Shown here piece after piece: positions 54,894 through 56,327 of a stretch of 56,327 nt of DNA. A model generated the notes under the pieces. It did not search any database and had not been told where the DNA came from. It saw nothing but the letters and a program-made list of their open reading frames with translations. The stretch is from IMG/VR virus record IMGVR_UViG_3300022665_000963, positions 1 to 56,327 of that record. One strand, written 5' to 3'. Every line of letters begins with the position of its first letter. Position 1 is the stretch's first letter. Both the position numbers and the translations under genes were made by a program. This stretch comes from a virus. Its lineage: Duplodnaviria; Caudoviricetes.

Positions 54894-56318
54894 TCAATCC
54901 TCTACGTCGTCGAAGTCTGAGGCAGGGTCCACCACCACGGCGGGACGCTTGTCGTCCTCTGCCGCCATCGTCAGGCCGCCCTCGGGCTTCACCAGCAGCC
55001 TGTCATTGAACTTCTGCCTGTCCGCCTTGGGAAGTAGCTTCTCGACCTTCGGTCCGGTCAGGAATACTGGTTCGGTGTGCAGCTCGTCCTCCGTCAGACC
55101 GAAGTCCTCGACCAGTTCCCTGACGATGTCCTCCTCGGACACCTCCTCGACCGTGGCCTCATCGCCCTCCACCTCCGAGGCGATACGTCGCTGGTTTATC
55201 CACTTGCGGCCGCTGGACCGCTTGCGGACGATCTTGAAGCCGTCGATTGTACCCCCCGCCAGGAGCTTGGTCTCGGCGCTCGCCTTGACCTCCTTGCTCC
55301 ACTTGTCGAGGAACGGTATCCAGGGCAGCACGATCGCCAGCAGGTTCTCGCCCGGCGTCTCCACCTTCTCGGGCTCGTCGTCGAAGTCGATGCAGGCGAG
55401 CTCCTGCGCCTTGGCCAGGACCGCTGGACAGGTGGCCTTCAGCTCACAGAAGGTGCAGTGGGACCCGTCCTTTCCGACGGACAGGAGTCCCAAGCTATAG
55501 AGATTATCGAGGGAATTACTGCTCTCGACTTCAGCCCTGGCCAAATCAACCCGCTTCGCCTTCGTGACGAGCCAGTCCTTCCACTTCACGAGCTCTGCGA
55601 CCGTGGTCTCCTCGCTCATTATGCCATCGGACGGGGCCTGCAGGTGCCTCGGTTGGCAGATCGTGTACCTCACGACGTCGTAGCCCATGCCCTCCGTGAC
55701 GAGCAGGGCGCCCAGCGCATAGGACCTGAGCTGCATGTTCCCCCCGACGGGCACGAAGACCCCCGCGCCGTGCTTGTAGTCCACGACCTCCAGGACCTCG
55801 GGCCAGGCGTCTATGATGACGTCCCCGGTCCCGCCGGTGTCATCCCTCTCGGGCAGGGGCACGACGTGGGCCTCGAGGCGCACGACGCCCCTCTCTACTA
55901 GGCCCCGTACCGCCTCCCGGATTGAGTGGTCTGTCAGACCGTCGTCAATCAATTCCAGCTCCATGCAGCGGCGTCCGACATAGTACACCATGCACTCGAC
56001 GGCCTCTATCATGTCGTTGTCCACCTCGAACACGACGCTGGTCGCCCCCTTGGGCCATCTGGCGCCCTCCTTCAGGATGGAGGTGCCCTCGTTGCCCTCA
56101 CTGTCCTCGACGATCACGATGAGCCGACCCTTGAAGCTGGAGGGCGCGAGGCCCCTCTCCAGGCACCTCTCCACCAGGGCGTGGGCACAGGTACCCATCT
56201 GTGCGTGATATCCCGAGCCCGCGCGCAGTTCGGGGTGGGCCTCGATGTACGCGGTGGACCCTGGGCAGGTTGTCCACTGTTTGGTCTGGCTGGCGCTCAG
56301 CCTGGCATGTCTTGTCAT
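54894..56318 (-). CDS. DUF2800 Cas4-like PD-(D/E)xK nuclease
   Basis: HARLSAS...W..CPGS, GTCAH, GGTGD, VDYKHG, QLRSYA, QPR and HCTFC...TC motifs. Confidence 0.9.
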   Translation of the reverse strand: MTRHARLSASQTKQWTTCPGSTAYIEAHPELRAGSGYHAQMGTCAHALVERCLERGLAPSSFKGRLIVIVEDSEGNEGTSILKEGARWPKGATSVVFEVDNDMIEAVECMVYYVGRRCMELELIDDGLTDHSIREAVRGLVERGVVRLEAHVVPLPERDDTGGTGDVIIDAWPEVLEVVDYKHGAGVFVPVGGNMQLRSYALGALLVTEGMGYDVVRYTICQPRHLQAPSDGIMSEETTVAELVKWKDWLVTKAKRVDLARAEVESSNSLDNLYSLGLLSVGKDGSHCTFCELKATCPAVLAKAQELACIDFDDEPEKVETPGENLLAIVLPWIPFLDKWSKEVKASAETKLLAGGTIDGFKIVRKRSSGRKWINQRRIASEVEGDEATVEEVSEEDIVRELVEDFGLTEDELHTEPVFLTGPKVEKLLPKADRQKFNDRLLVKPEGGLTMAAEDDKRPAVVVDPASDFDDVED

Positions 56319-56327
56319 GTCACTTAT

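Noticed and set aside
54894-56318. Cas4-like gene as evidence of a CRISPR-Cas system
   Set aside because: DUF2800 is a common phage replication/recombination nuclease found with DUF2815 and PolA; no array or other cas genes were seen.
1-56327. tRNA genes, integrase/att site, primase
   Set aside because: None recognised by eye; tRNAscan-SE and the flanking sequence would be needed to confirm absence.

Overview
Most of a tailed dsDNA phage genome (siphovirus-type, probably lytic; no integrase or repressor seen, and no primase, so the window is likely incomplete). A GapR/DUF2312 gene and a GTA-like tail-tip module point to an alphaproteobacterial host. The plus strand (1-35.3 kb) carries packaging, head, tail, lysis and a frameshifted T5 A1-like gene. 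The minus strand (35.5-56.3 kb) carries nucleotide metabolism and replication genes: class II RNR, SNF2-like helicase, family A polymerase, DUF2815 SSB and DUF2800 nuclease. The two most notable observations are these. (1) An overlapping four-gene cassette at 39.1-41.9 kb encodes an MBD4-like T:G/U:G glycosylase, a MazG-like pyrophosphohydrolase fused to a dNMP kinase, a thymidylate-synthase homologue with the dCMP-specifying Asp, and a dCMP deaminase; it reads as a 5-methyl/hydroxymethyl-cytosine synthesis pathway with its own deamination repair. (2) A ~245-nt structured, apparently non-coding element with its own sigma70-type promoter lies between terminase and portal. Also noted: a prohead protease apparently split over two genes, three tandem AT-rich paralogues in the head module, and several gene insertions flanked by duplication scars. 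All protein calls come from motif recognition by eye; no searches or folding programs were run.
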